Shown here in pieces: positions 40,583-50,029 of a stretch of 64,000 nucleotides of DNA. Position numbers and translations under genes: made by a program. Every line of letters starts with the position of its first letter. Position 1 is the first letter of the stretch. The notes under the pieces were generated by a model. It was not told the origin of the DNA. It made no database searches and was given only the letters and a program-made list of their open reading frames with translations. The stretch is from an uncultured delta proteobacterium (GTDB taxonomy: Bacteria; Myxococcota_A; Polyangia; Polyangiales; JAFGIB01): positions 256,001 through 320,000 of the forward strand of contig CAVZVA010000005.1 in the NCBI GenBank assembly GCA_963778655.1, written 5' to 3'.

Positions 40583-41998
40583 GGCGCGCTCCCGCCCGTG
40601 CCGCCGCCGCCCGTGATTAGCTCGGCGATGCGCGCCGCCGTCAGATCCTTGTGCGACTGCTGATCGGCCCGCGTCCACACGCTGGCGAGCCCGTGCTGCT
40701 CGTGCTCGATCCACACCGCCGCGCGCGCACCGCGCTCGTCGGCGTGCTTGCGCAGCTTGCCCGGCTTGATCGCCTGCGGCCGCAGGTCGACGCGCAGCCC
40801 GGCTGCCCGCAGCTCGGCGCTGAGCGCGAGCGCGTCTGCGAGCTTGTCGTCGCTCGCCGCCGCCACCATCGCGTCCAGCTCCGCCAGCGAGCCAGGATAC
40901 ATCTCGCGCTCGGCCATCACCACCAGGATGCGCTCGAGCCCGAGCGAGAAGCCGCAGGCGGGAATGTCGCGCCCGGAGAACATCCCGATCAGCCCGTCGT
41001 AGCGGCCGCCGCCGCCCAGCGAGCCCGCCAGGTCCGGCACGGCCACCTCGAAGATGCAGCCCGTGTAGTAGCCGAGGCCGCGGGCGAGCGTCACGTCGAA
41101 GCGCACGTGCTCGGCGGCGGGCGTGAGCGCGAGCAGAGCGAGCACCTCGCGCAGCTCGACCAGCGCGCGCGTGCCCGCGGCGTGCCCCTGTAGGCCGCGC
41201 TCCAGGTGCGCGAGGTCCGCCCGCTCGCCCAGCAAGCCGAGCAGCACCGCCCGCTGTGCGGCCTCCACGCCGCGCGCCTCGAGCTCGCGCGCGACGCCGT
41301 CCGTGCCGAGCTTGTCCAGTTTGTCGATCGCGACGATCGCGTCGGTCTCACGCGCCTGTGGCACCCCCGCCTGCTCGATCAACGCGCGCAGCAACGCGCG
41401 GTGGTTGAGCCGCACGCTGAAATCGCGGAAGCCGAGCCGGCGCAGGCACTCGGCCGCGGCCCCCGCGACCTCGGCCTCGACCAGCAGCGAGCTCGAGCCG
41501 ACCACGTCCACGTCGCACTGGTAGAACTCGCGGTAGCGGCCGCGGCCGGGCGTGTCCGCGCGCCAGACCGGCTGGAATCTGGTAGCGCTTGAAGACCGCG
41601 CCCAGCTTGTCCTGATGCGCTGCGTACGCGCGCGCCAGCGGCACGGTGAGATCGTAGCGCAGGCCGAGGTCCGCGAGCATCGGCTCGGCGCGTGGCGCGG
41701 TCACGCCGCTGCGGCTGTGCGCGAGGTGCTCGGGCTCGGCGATGTGCGCGGCCGCGGCGCGGATGCCCTCCACCAGCGGCTGCCCGCGCAGCAGGATCTT
41801 GAACAGCAGCTGGTCGCCTTCTTCGCCGTACTTGCCGAGCAGCGCGTCCAGGCGTTCCAGCGCGGGTGTCTCCAGCGGCTCGAAGCCGTGGCGCTCGAAC
41901 ACGTCGCGGATCACTGCGCCGACGTGCTCGCGCCGGCGCACATCCAGCGGCAAGAAATCGCGCGTGCCCTTGGCTGGTTGTGCGTTCGCCTTGCCCAT
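40579..41998 (-). CDS. hisS: Histidine--tRNA ligase, interrupted by a 1-bp insertion near 41575
   Basis: KGTRDF, LRYDLTVPLAR, KRYQI then shifted QPVWRADTPGRGRYREFYQCDVD, LARGLGYYTG, GGGRYD, GFSLGLER; span 1420 nt = 3n+1. Confidence 0.93.
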
Positions 41999-42153
41999 TG
42001 CACCTCGCCCCGCTGGAACGCGGCCCCCTACCACGGAACGCCGACCCGGGCCAGGCAAGCGCGGCCAGGCCCATCGTATTTTAAACCCGCGCGATGCGGC
42101 GCGCGGACCCTTCTCGCCCGACAGGCGCCGGGATCGGGGCTCGAGCTCGGCTC

Positions 42154-43020
42154 TCAACCCGGGGCGGGGTCCGCGTCGGGCAGCGACATGCCGACCAGCA
42201 CCTGCCCTCGGTGCGTGAGGAAGGGAACCAGCGCGATGCGCGCGCCGGGCGGCACCGACACCCGCGCTCCCAGCGTCCGGGCCTCGGCGATCTCGGTGCG
42301 AAAGCCGCGTTCGGCAAGCACCGATTGCAGGTTGCCGCACAACAGATTCGCCAGCTCGCACACGATCCCGTCGACCTCGGCGTCCGCGGGGCCCGGCTCG
42401 CCGCTGAAGCGCGCGGCCAGCTCGCGGGCGACCGGCTCCGGTACGCCCAGCAGCAGCGAGGTCTCGAGCTCACCACGCATGGTCACGCGCGCGTTGCGAT
42501 CGGAGAGTGGCAACACGTCTTCCAGCACGCGCAGGCGCTCGGTCTTGCTGGTCAGGTCGCACACGCGCAGCAACAGTTTGTGCGCCAGGTGAAACAGCTC
42601 GAAGGCGACCTCGCGCAGCGGCAGCTGGTCGGGAATGGTGACCACGTCAGGCTCGAGCCGCGCTTCGGCCGCCAGGAACTCGGCGGCTGCGGCCTCCACC
42701 TGGTCGGCACGCAGGTAGCCGAGCGCGCACAGCGCCTCGCCAAGCTGCACGTGGCCGTCCTGCTGGGCGGCGCGCACGCGCCGCACTTGCTCGTCGCTGA
42801 GCACGCCCAGCCGCACGCCGGCCTCGCCGAAGCGCAGGTCCTCGCGGGCCTGCAGCGAGCGAATGCGCTCCACGTCGAAGGGCGTCGCCAGCCCCATGGC
42901 GACCGCACAGCTGCCGAGCTTGTTATTGTTCCCTTCCTGATACTCTAACGCCGCCAGCAGCTGGGGGGCGGTGATCCTCCCGTTCGCCACCAGGTACTGC
43001 CCGAAGAAGCGCGCCCTCAT
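42154..43020 (-). CDS. MshEN-like repeats fused to a CheX-like phosphatase domain
   Basis: FFGQYLV..G.IT..QL..AL.YQ, KLG..AV..G, RFGE..V..G.L...Q, QLGEAL...G; C-terminal DGIVCELANLLCGNL. Confidence 0.75.
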   Translation of the reverse strand: MRARFFGQYLVANGRITAPQLLAALEYQEGNNNKLGSCAVAMGLATPFDVERIRSLQAREDLRFGEAGVRLGVLSDEQVRRVRAAQQDGHVQLGEALCALGYLRADQVEAAAAEFLAAEARLEPDVVTIPDQLPLREVAFELFHLAHKLLLRVCDLTSKTERLRVLEDVLPLSDRNARVTMRGELETSLLLGVPEPVARELAARFSGEPGPADAEVDGIVCELANLLCGNLQSVLAERGFRTEIAEARTLGARVSVPPGARIALVPFLTHRGQVLVGMSLPDADPAPG

Positions 43021-43131
43021 CCCTCAGCGCCCACCCGTCCTAACCCACCTACAGCATAGCAGACCCGCGCCCGCAAGCGCGCCTGCCAGGCCGCCGCCGA
43101 CCCCGTGGCCGCCCGCTGCGGTCCGCGACCC

Positions 43132-44490
43132 TCAGCGCAGCACGGTCAGCACGATCACCGCCCAGCCTCCCTTGGGCACGTCGATCACCTGCCGCTTTTC
43201 GATCCCGCGGACGCGCAGCACGACGGTGCGCTTGCCCGGCGCCACCCGCGCGCGGGCGAACGCGATCCGCGCCGGCAGCGTGGACCAACTGCGCGTGTCG
43301 GGGGTGTCCACGGCGGTCATCGTCGCCTGCGTGCCCAGGCTGAGCAGCGCGCCCAGCAAGCCGCCGCCCGCCGCCCGCCGCGTCACTTCGCCCGCCACCA
43401 CCCGCGTCAGCAGACGCGTGATCGCGGACGCGATCACCGAGCCCTCCACGTCCTTCCACGCCTGCTTCGCCTGCTGGTCGACCGCCATCATGCCGTCGAG
43501 CGAGACTGGCTGCTGATCGACCAGGCACTCGGGCACGCCCCATTGCCCGCGCGCCCGGCCCAGCGTCGGGTAGTTCACCCAGGTCACCAGGCCCTGCGCC
43601 GCCAGGTAGTTGGCGCGGCTGCTCTGCGCGGGGCTGAGATAGACGGCGGCCAGCGTGAGCGCCAGGCCGATCGGCACGCGCTTGGCGATCTTGGCGGGCA
43701 CGCGGCCGTAGTTGACGATCATGAGCACGTCGCCCCAGTCGTCGCTCGCGGTGGTCTCGCCGCTGGTCGCGATTGACTCGCGGATGCGTGGCGTGGTGTA
43801 GCTGTCGAGCTTGGAGAGTCGGCGCAGCGGCTCGCCCAGCGACGCGTACTCGCCGAACTGCAACGCCTCGTCGTAGTAGCGCAGGGCCTCGCCCGGCTGC
43901 CTGCTCTTCTCGAAGATGAAGCCGGCCAGATAGCTCCCCGGGCCCGACAGCGACTTGCCCATGCTGTCGTGCTCGGCCACGAACTGCTGCATCACCGCGA
44001 AGCGCCGCGCCTCCACCCGCGCGCCGTTCAAGTCTCCACGCGCCAGGTAGTTCATCATGTTGAGCGTGTTGATCATCAGCTTCTCGTACGGCGGCGCCTT
44101 GTAGGGCCCCGACTGGTCCGAGAACATGTACTTGGCGATGTCGTCCAGCGCTCCGCGCGAGAAGTCCAGGATCTCGACCTGCTTGTCGGCCAGCTCGAGG
44201 TCGCGGCTGGAGTAGCCGTACATGTTGAGCTGCTGCTCGACCGACGCGCGGTCGAGCACGAACAGCACGTTGTCCCCCGCGATCTTGGGCGGCACCTGCT
44301 TGGAGTCGTCGACGTCGAGCTGCTCGTTCAGCAACTCGAGCGCTTCGCGCGGGCGCCCCTCGTCGAGCGCGGTCCGTGCGCCTTCGGTTCGCGCGGCGTG
44401 CCCGGCGCAGCCCGCGAGCAGCAGCACGAGCCCGCCCGCGATCGGCCAGTTGCTGAACCGGCCATGCTCGCGCCGTCTCGTGCTCGCCAC
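43132..44490 (-). CDS. COG3014-like TPR lipoprotein
   Basis: Lipobox LAGC; Y....YEK.M, ARVEARR, G..PAK, DTRSWSTLP. Confidence 0.8.
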   Translation of the reverse strand: MASTRRREHGRFSNWPIAGGLVLLLAGCAGHAARTEGARTALDEGRPREALELLNEQLDVDDSKQVPPKIAGDNVLFVLDRASVEQQLNMYGYSSRDLELADKQVEILDFSRGALDDIAKYMFSDQSGPYKAPPYEKLMINTLNMMNYLARGDLNGARVEARRFAVMQQFVAEHDSMGKSLSGPGSYLAGFIFEKSRQPGEALRYYDEALQFGEYASLGEPLRRLSKLDSYTTPRIRESIATSGETTASDDWGDVLMIVNYGRVPAKIAKRVPIGLALTLAAVYLSPAQSSRANYLAAQGLVTWVNYPTLGRARGQWGVPECLVDQQPVSLDGMMAVDQQAKQAWKDVEGSVIASAITRLLTRVVAGEVTRRAAGGGLLGALLSLGTQATMTAVDTPDTRSWSTLPARIAFARARVAPGKRTVVLRVRGIEKRQVIDVPKGGWAVIVLTVLR

Positions 44491-44511
44491 CGGCTCACCT
44501 TGCCGCGCGGG

Positions 44512-45168
44512 TCAGTCCCGGATGATCGCCTTGGTGGTGTTGGTCTTGTTCTGGAACAAGATCTCTCCGGTCTCGACGTTCAGCACCTGCAGGAACAGGT
44601 AGTACTGCACGCGGCGCTGATCGCCGACGCGCTCGTCGGTGGTGTAGACCTTGCCCGTGACGAAGTAGCGCGCGCCGATCTGTTTGCCCCAGTGCGCGAT
44701 CTTGGTCTGGTCGAAGCCTTCGCCGTACTGGCGCCGGATCTCCTCCATCATCTGTTGCTGGTTCTGCATGCTGATCACGCGCACCGCGCCCCAGTTGATC
44801 AGCTGGGTCTCGATGTCGCTGAGCAGCGCGTCGAGCGCGCTGTCGATGTGCTCAGAGGTCTCGTTCTGCAGCGGCAGCACCGCGACCGGGGGCCTGTTCT
44901 CCTGCATCCAGCGCTGCACCACCGCCGAGTGGCGCATCGCCTCCATGTTCTCGTTCAACATGCGCTGCAGGTCCCGGCGGTCGAGCCCCGTGCTCATCGC
45001 GGCGTAGTCCAGACCCGGCTCGTCCGTTCCGCGCACCGCCTTGGGCCCGCTGCTGCAGGCCCCGAGTAGGGCACCGCACAGGCTCAGCCACAGCGCCGCG
45101 CGCTGCGTCGGCGCGCCGCTGGCGCGCTTGGGAACCCGCGGGTCCCGAAGATAAGTCTGCATGGTCAT
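44512..45168 (-). CDS. lpoB: Penicillin-binding protein activator LpoB-like lipoprotein
   Basis: Lipobox LGAC; D..DL, NETSEHID, GKQIGA.Y..TG, Y...L......TGEI. Confidence 0.8.
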   Translation of the reverse strand: MTMQTYLRDPRVPKRASGAPTQRAALWLSLCGALLGACSSGPKAVRGTDEPGLDYAAMSTGLDRRDLQRMLNENMEAMRHSAVVQRWMQENRPPVAVLPLQNETSEHIDSALDALLSDIETQLINWGAVRVISMQNQQQMMEEIRRQYGEGFDQTKIAHWGKQIGARYFVTGKVYTTDERVGDQRRVQYYLFLQVLNVETGEILFQNKTNTTKAIIRD

Positions 45169-45309
45169 TTCCCTTTTCCCACGGGTTCGGGTCACGGCGC
45201 TGGTTATAGGCGGCGTCCGCCCGCTCGACAAGTGGACGCGCCCGGCGCGAGGTCCTTCCAAAGGCCCGGGCTTGTTTGCTCCGCGCGCAGGTCGCAGGAT
45301 CGCGCGTCC

Positions 45310-46398
45310 ATGGCTCGGGCGCCTGCGTTCTCTGAGCTCGCGCCGGCGGTGGCTCCGGACGAGCTGGCCGCCGGGCTCGGCATCTCCGCCGAGGCGGCGC
45401 AGCTCTACCTGCAGAGCGACGTGATCGACCTGCACGTCGACTCGTTCATCTGGACGCGGTTGCTTGGCTACGACCTGCGCCGCCGCCACGGCCGCGGCCT
45501 GCTCGGGGCGCGTTACTACAGCCAGGTCGACTTTCCGCGCATGCGCGCGGCGCAGGTGAGCGGGGCGCTGTGGTCGATCACGACCAACCCGCTGCGCGGC
45601 GCGGCGGGCAGGGCGCGCGCGTTCGCCCGCAATCTGGACGCGTTCAGCGCCCTGTGCGCGTCGGCCGCGGACCAGGTCGCCGTGGTGCAAGACGTGGCCG
45701 GCTATCGCGCGGCGCGGGCGGCCGGCAAGCACGCGGTGTGGGTGGCGGTGCAAGGGGGCAACGCGCTCGACCGAGACCCCGACGCGCTGCAGCAGCTCGC
45801 GGATGGACGGGTGGTCGCGGTCACGCTGATCCATCTGTCCCGTTCGCGCCTGGGCGGCTCGAGCTCGCCGCTCGATCGCGCGCGCGGCGGCCTCAGCGCC
45901 GAGGGTCACGCCTACGTGGAGCGGCTCAATGCGATGCGCGTGTTCGTGGATCTGGCCCACATCAACCGTCGCGGGTTCTTTGACGCGGTCCAGGCCCACG
46001 ATCGCAGCCAGCCGCTGCTGGTTTCGCACACCGGCGTCAACGGTGCGTTCCGCAGCTGGCGCAACATCGACGACGAGCAGCTGCGCGCGGTGGCCGATAC
46101 CGGCGGCGTGGTGGGCGTGATCTTTCACGGCGGCTACTTGGGAGGCTCGTACCTCGGCGGCGGGCGCGCGGAGCAGATCGTCGATCACCTGGCCCACATC
46201 GTGCGGGTGGTCGGTGAGGACCACGCCGCGCTCGGCAGCGACTGGGACGGCGCCATCATCACCCCGCGCGACATGCCGACCTGTCTGGAGCTGCCGCGCC
46301 TGGCGCAGCACATGCTCGACCGGGGCTTCTCGCCCCAGCGGGTGCAGAAGATTCTCGGTGGAAATTTCCTGCGCGCGCTGCAGGCCCTGCGCGGCTGA
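45310..46398 (+). CDS. Membrane dipeptidase (M19 family)
   Basis: IDLHVD, VDFPR, VDLAH, SHTG, RNIDD, GGVVG, ALGSDWDG, KILGGNFLR. Confidence 0.9.
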   Translation: MARAPAFSELAPAVAPDELAAGLGISAEAAQLYLQSDVIDLHVDSFIWTRLLGYDLRRRHGRGLLGARYYSQVDFPRMRAAQVSGALWSITTNPLRGAAGRARAFARNLDAFSALCASAADQVAVVQDVAGYRAARAAGKHAVWVAVQGGNALDRDPDALQQLADGRVVAVTLIHLSRSRLGGSSSPLDRARGGLSAEGHAYVERLNAMRVFVDLAHINRRGFFDAVQAHDRSQPLLVSHTGVNGAFRSWRNIDDEQLRAVADTGGVVGVIFHGGYLGGSYLGGGRAEQIVDHLAHIVRVVGEDHAALGSDWDGAIITPRDMPTCLELPRLAQHMLDRGFSPQRVQKILGGNFLRALQALRG

Positions 46399-46568
46399 GC
46401 AGCTGCCGAGGGTGAGATCCGCCCGCCGCACGTCCGTGATCGGGGACCTGCGCCGCAGCCGGCGCACAATCGTCGCTTTTCGTTACTTTGCTTTCGTCGC
46501 GTTTCGTGTTTTTGATTCCCCCGCTCGCCGTCTGGTGTCGGGCGCGGGCAAGCCAGGGAGGTCGGAAC

Positions 46569-46940
46569 GTGGGTCGGTACAAGGTGACTAGCGTGGGGAT
46601 TATCGCGGCGCTCGGACTGGTCGCCTGCGGAAGCGGCGCCTCGGAACCGAGCTCGGCCGGAAGCAGCGGCGGCGAGCTCACGCAGTACGAGGGCCCGATC
46701 GCTTCGACTGACGTCGATCGCGGCAAGGAGCTGTTCAGCACCTTCTGCGATGACTGCCACCCCGGCGGCGAGTCCGACGTGGGCCCCAGCCTGATCGCCA
46801 CGCCGCACACGCCGGCGCGCATCCGCAAGCAGATCCGCGAAGGCTCTGGCAAGATGAAGCCGTTTCCGGAGACGCGGGTGAGCAAGGACGACGTGGAAGC
46901 CATTCTCGCCTATCTGGCCTCCATCAACGCCGTGAAGTGA
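46569..46940 (+). CDS. Monoheme cytochrome c lipoprotein
   Basis: GGAGG RBS; lipobox LVAC; CDDCH; GPSL; G.GKMKPF (Met ligand). Confidence 0.88.
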   Translation: MGRYKVTSVGIIAALGLVACGSGASEPSSAGSSGGELTQYEGPIASTDVDRGKELFSTFCDDCHPGGESDVGPSLIATPHTPARIRKQIREGSGKMKPFPETRVSKDDVEAILAYLASINAVK

Positions 46941-47055
46941 GCCGCTCCCGCGGCCGTCCCGGGACGGCCGCAGCGCGCGCTCCGGTCATTCTGGAGCGGG
47001 AGCTTGAAATAGGCCGCCGTTCGGCGGCGTCCCACCCCAACGAGGTAGACCGACT

Positions 47056-47448
47056 ATGAAACGCCTTTCGATCGCTCTGTCGTTCACGCTCCTGGTTTCC
47101 GGGCTCGCCCTGCTGCTGCAAACTGCGGCCCGTGCCGACGCCGGCGCCTGCGGTGAGAAGGGTCAGCCCAAGTGCCCGCTGCAGGGCTGGATGGAGAAGA
47201 ACATGCAGGATCCGATCGACGCCAAGGACTTCAAGACGGTCGCGGCGTCGCTCGAGAAGGTGACCAAGTTCGTGCCCGATCCCAAGTGGAACGACGGCGC
47301 CAATGGCTGGTCGAAGCTCGCCGGCGAAGGCGTCAAGGCGGCCAAGGCCGGCGACCTCAAGGCCACCAAGGCGGCCTGCAAGAGCTGCCACAAGGCCTGG
47401 CGCAAGGAATACAAGAAGCAGTATCGACACCGCCCGATCCCCGGCTGA
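47056..47448 (+). CDS. Secreted cytochrome c'-like protein with C-terminal heme motif
   Basis: Signal peptide; ACKSCHKAWR near the C-terminus; extra CG.KGQPKCPLQ.WM motif. Confidence 0.8.
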   Translation: MKRLSIALSFTLLVSGLALLLQTAARADAGACGEKGQPKCPLQGWMEKNMQDPIDAKDFKTVAASLEKVTKFVPDPKWNDGANGWSKLAGEGVKAAKAGDLKATKAACKSCHKAWRKEYKKQYRHRPIPG

Positions 47449-47487
47449 GCAGGCCGCGCCGTTGGGAGCCGCGGCGCGAACCGCGGC

Positions 47488-48375
47488 TCAGTTCGCCGGC
47501 GGCGCGTCCGCACGCGCGACCGCGGCCGCAGGGCCGAGCCCGAGGTTGTGCCAGATTCGCAGCGTGGCCTCGGCGCGGTTGAGCGTGTAGAAGTGCAGAC
47601 CTGGCGCGCCGTCGCGCAGTAGCTGCTCCGCCTGTCTGGTGGCGACTTCGATCCCGAGCGCCTGCTGTCCGGCCGGATCGTCCGCGAGCGCTGTCATCCG
47701 CTTGCGCAGCCAGAGCGGAATGTCTGCGCCACAGAAGCGTGAGAAGCGGTCGACCTGGCGATAGTCGGTGAGCGGCATCAGGCCGGGTACGATCGGGATC
47801 TCCACGCCCAGGGCGCGCACCCAATCCCGGAAGCGGAAGTACGCATCGTTGTTGTAGAAGTACTGGGTGATCGCCTCGTCCGCGCCGGCCTGGACCTTGC
47901 GCACGAAGTTATCCACGTCGGCCTGCGGGTTCGGCGCTTCCGGGTGGAACTCCGGATGGCACCCGACCGAGATGCGGAAACCGCCGCGCCCGCGGATGAA
48001 AGCCACCAACTCGTTGGCGTGCGCAAAGGCGCGCGGCAGCTCGGGCTCGTCGGTTGGGACGTCGCCGCGCAGTGCGACCACGCGTCGCACTCCGATCGCG
48101 CGGTAGGTGTCGAGCTGAGCCGCGATCTGCTCGCGGCTGGAGCCGATGCACGACAGATGCGGCGTGACCTCGAGCTCGGTGGTGCGGACGATCTCCGACG
48201 CGGTCTGATAGCTGCCCTCGCGCGTGCTGCCGCCGGCGCCGAACGTGACCGAGACGAAGCTCGGACGCAGCGAGGCCAACCGCTGCACGGTCTTGCCGAG
48301 GCGCCTGCGGCCGACCTCGGTTTTGGGCGGGAAGAACTCGAACGAGAAGCCTCTGGCGGGCACGTGTTGGCTCAT
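47488..48375 (-). CDS. metF: Methylenetetrahydrofolate reductase
   Basis: SFEFFPPKT, SVTFGAGGS, PHLSC, ALRGD, HPE, ITQYF, GLHFYTLN. Confidence 0.96.
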   Translation of the reverse strand: MSQHVPARGFSFEFFPPKTEVGRRRLGKTVQRLASLRPSFVSVTFGAGGSTREGSYQTASEIVRTTELEVTPHLSCIGSSREQIAAQLDTYRAIGVRRVVALRGDVPTDEPELPRAFAHANELVAFIRGRGGFRISVGCHPEFHPEAPNPQADVDNFVRKVQAGADEAITQYFYNNDAYFRFRDWVRALGVEIPIVPGLMPLTDYRQVDRFSRFCGADIPLWLRKRMTALADDPAGQQALGIEVATRQAEQLLRDGAPGLHFYTLNRAEATLRIWHNLGLGPAAAVARADAPPAN

Positions 48376-48565
48376 GATGCGGCCCCCCGGCCCTGCTCAG
48401 GCCGACGATCCGAGGCGCACGCTACCACGCCCTACACGGCCCGCCCAAGCACACGCGGGCGTACGTGCGGCCGGCCGCGCGTGAGTAGGCGCTCCGGGGC
48501 TGGGAGGCAGCCGGGTAAGCCACTGAAATTCCTGGACCCTCGCTCGAAACGCCGATCCCTGCGGG

Positions 48566-49099
48566 TCAGCGCTCGGAGTCCGAGAACGACACCTCGCCGC
48601 TGCGCCGCTTCTCTTGGCCGATGACGCCGAACTTGAGGCGACCGACCTCGGCGCGCCGCACCGTGACCACCAGCTCCATCCGCCGGTTCGGTTTGAACTG
48701 AGGTCGGGACAACGTGATCTTCTGGACGAAGGTCTTCTCTTTCCTGTCGTTGATCATGGTCGACATGTCCTCGACGAAGCGGCGCGGCCCGTCCTGGATG
48801 TCGTAGAAGAGCACCTCGAACTCCATGTCGTCGACCGCGCTGTTGAACGAGACCACCATCTGCGCCACCCACTTGCGCTTCTTGAGCTCCTTGTCGTTGG
48901 TCTCCCGCAGCAGCTTGTTGGCGTGGGCACGCGCAAACCCGATCAACGCTCGCTCGCTGAGCTTGTTCGGAATCGAGTTTTGCAGCAGGTAGATCTGCGC
49001 CTTGAGCCGGCCGGCCTGCGCGGTCGGCGCGAGGCCCAGCGCCAGCAAGGTGGCGGCGGCCAGGTAGAAGGCGATTGCGGCCAGCTTCCTTGATTTCAT
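48566..49099 (-). CDS. Exported hypothetical protein
   Basis: Signal peptide ending TAQA; globular, FYD motif; strongly coding-like codon use. Confidence 0.75.
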   Translation of the reverse strand: MKSRKLAAIAFYLAAATLLALGLAPTAQAGRLKAQIYLLQNSIPNKLSERALIGFARAHANKLLRETNDKELKKRKWVAQMVVSFNSAVDDMEFEVLFYDIQDGPRRFVEDMSTMINDRKEKTFVQKITLSRPQFKPNRRMELVVTVRRAEVGRLKFGVIGQEKRRSGEVSFSDSER

Positions 49100-49289
49100 C
49101 GGTTCCAACTCCCCAGTGTGTGACGGCGGGTGCCCGGCGAAGCGAGCGGACACTCGAGCTCCGAATCCGCCGACCTTACGAACATTTGGCCAGGGATGAA
49201 AGCCGAGTGTGCAAGCGACGTACACGCGGAGCCGATCATTCAACCCTCGGCCGAAAAAGCACGGAGGCCGCCAGGAACCGCCTGCTCCG

Positions 49290-49318
49290 TGGACTAGACT
49301 GACATGTCAGTCTAGTAT
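49290..49318 (+). promoter_or_regulatory. Sigma70-like promoter with a perfect 24-bp palindromic operator
   Basis: TGGACT-N17-TAGTAT; ACTAGACTGACATGTCAGTCTAGT (49293-49316) equals its own reverse complement and ends 35 bp before the operon ATG. Confidence 0.8.
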
Positions 49319-49351
49319 CCGGCCGATTCCCCGCCCCGGCGGGACGGCCCC

Positions 49352-50029
49352 ATGTCCAGCGCGCACACGGCAGCGTTCGTTCGCATCGAGGGCCCTTTGG
49401 TCGCGCGCGGGGCATGCTCGGCCGCAGCGTACTTTGCGGCCAACAGCGCCGGCTTTGCCGAGCGCGCCTGGAAGCTCGGGCAGGTCGCGGTCACCGCGCC
49501 GATCTACTCGCTGCTCGGTCAGAGCGACCGGGTGCTCGCCAATCGCCTGGCCTACCTGCCCCTACGTGACATGTCCGAGGACCGGGTGGCGGAGCTGGCC
49601 GACGAGTACTTCGAAGGCGTGCTGTGCGACCGCATCCTCAACGGCGGGGTTGAGCTGCTGCGGGAAGCGCGCCGCGCCGGTCACCGCGTCGTGTTGATCT
49701 CCGACGGTCTCGAGCAGGTGGTGCAGCGTCTCGTGGATCACCTGCGCCACGTGGACGACTACGTCTGCAATCGGCTCGAGCTGCGTGACGGCTACGTGAC
49801 GGGCAAGCTGCGGGAGCCGGTCGTCGGCGGCCACGACTCGGCCGCCTGGGCGCGGCGCTACGCGGTCCAGCACGGGCTCGACCTCTCGCGCTCGGTGGTC
49901 TACGCCGCCCACGGGCCGGACGTGTTGTTGATGTCCAGCGTCGGCCTGCCCTGCGCGGTCAACCCCGACTTCACGTTGCGCCGCGCCGCGCGCCAGACCG
50001 ACTGGCCGATCCTCGACTACGATGTCTGA
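49352..50029 (+). CDS. HAD-IB-like protein lacking motif I aspartates
   Basis: HAD-IB layout (GHRVVLIS, N.LE..DG..TG, DL..S, VNPD..L), but motif I reads AFVRIEGPL and motif IV YAAHGPD. Confidence 0.8.
   Translation: MSSAHTAAFVRIEGPLVARGACSAAAYFAANSAGFAERAWKLGQVAVTAPIYSLLGQSDRVLANRLAYLPLRDMSEDRVAELADEYFEGVLCDRILNGGVELLREARRAGHRVVLISDGLEQVVQRLVDHLRHVDDYVCNRLELRDGYVTGKLREPVVGGHDSAAWARRYAVQHGLDLSRSVVYAAHGPDVLLMSSVGLPCAVNPDFTLRRAARQTDWPILDYDV

Noticed and set aside
41560..41590. Programmed ribosomal frameshift in hisS
   Set aside because: No slippery site or precedent that I can support; another likely indel at about 20635 favours assembly error.
48376..48565. SAM or SAH riboswitch upstream of metF
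   Set aside because: I could not identify the conserved cores by eye; an Infernal/Rfam scan would be needed to exclude one.
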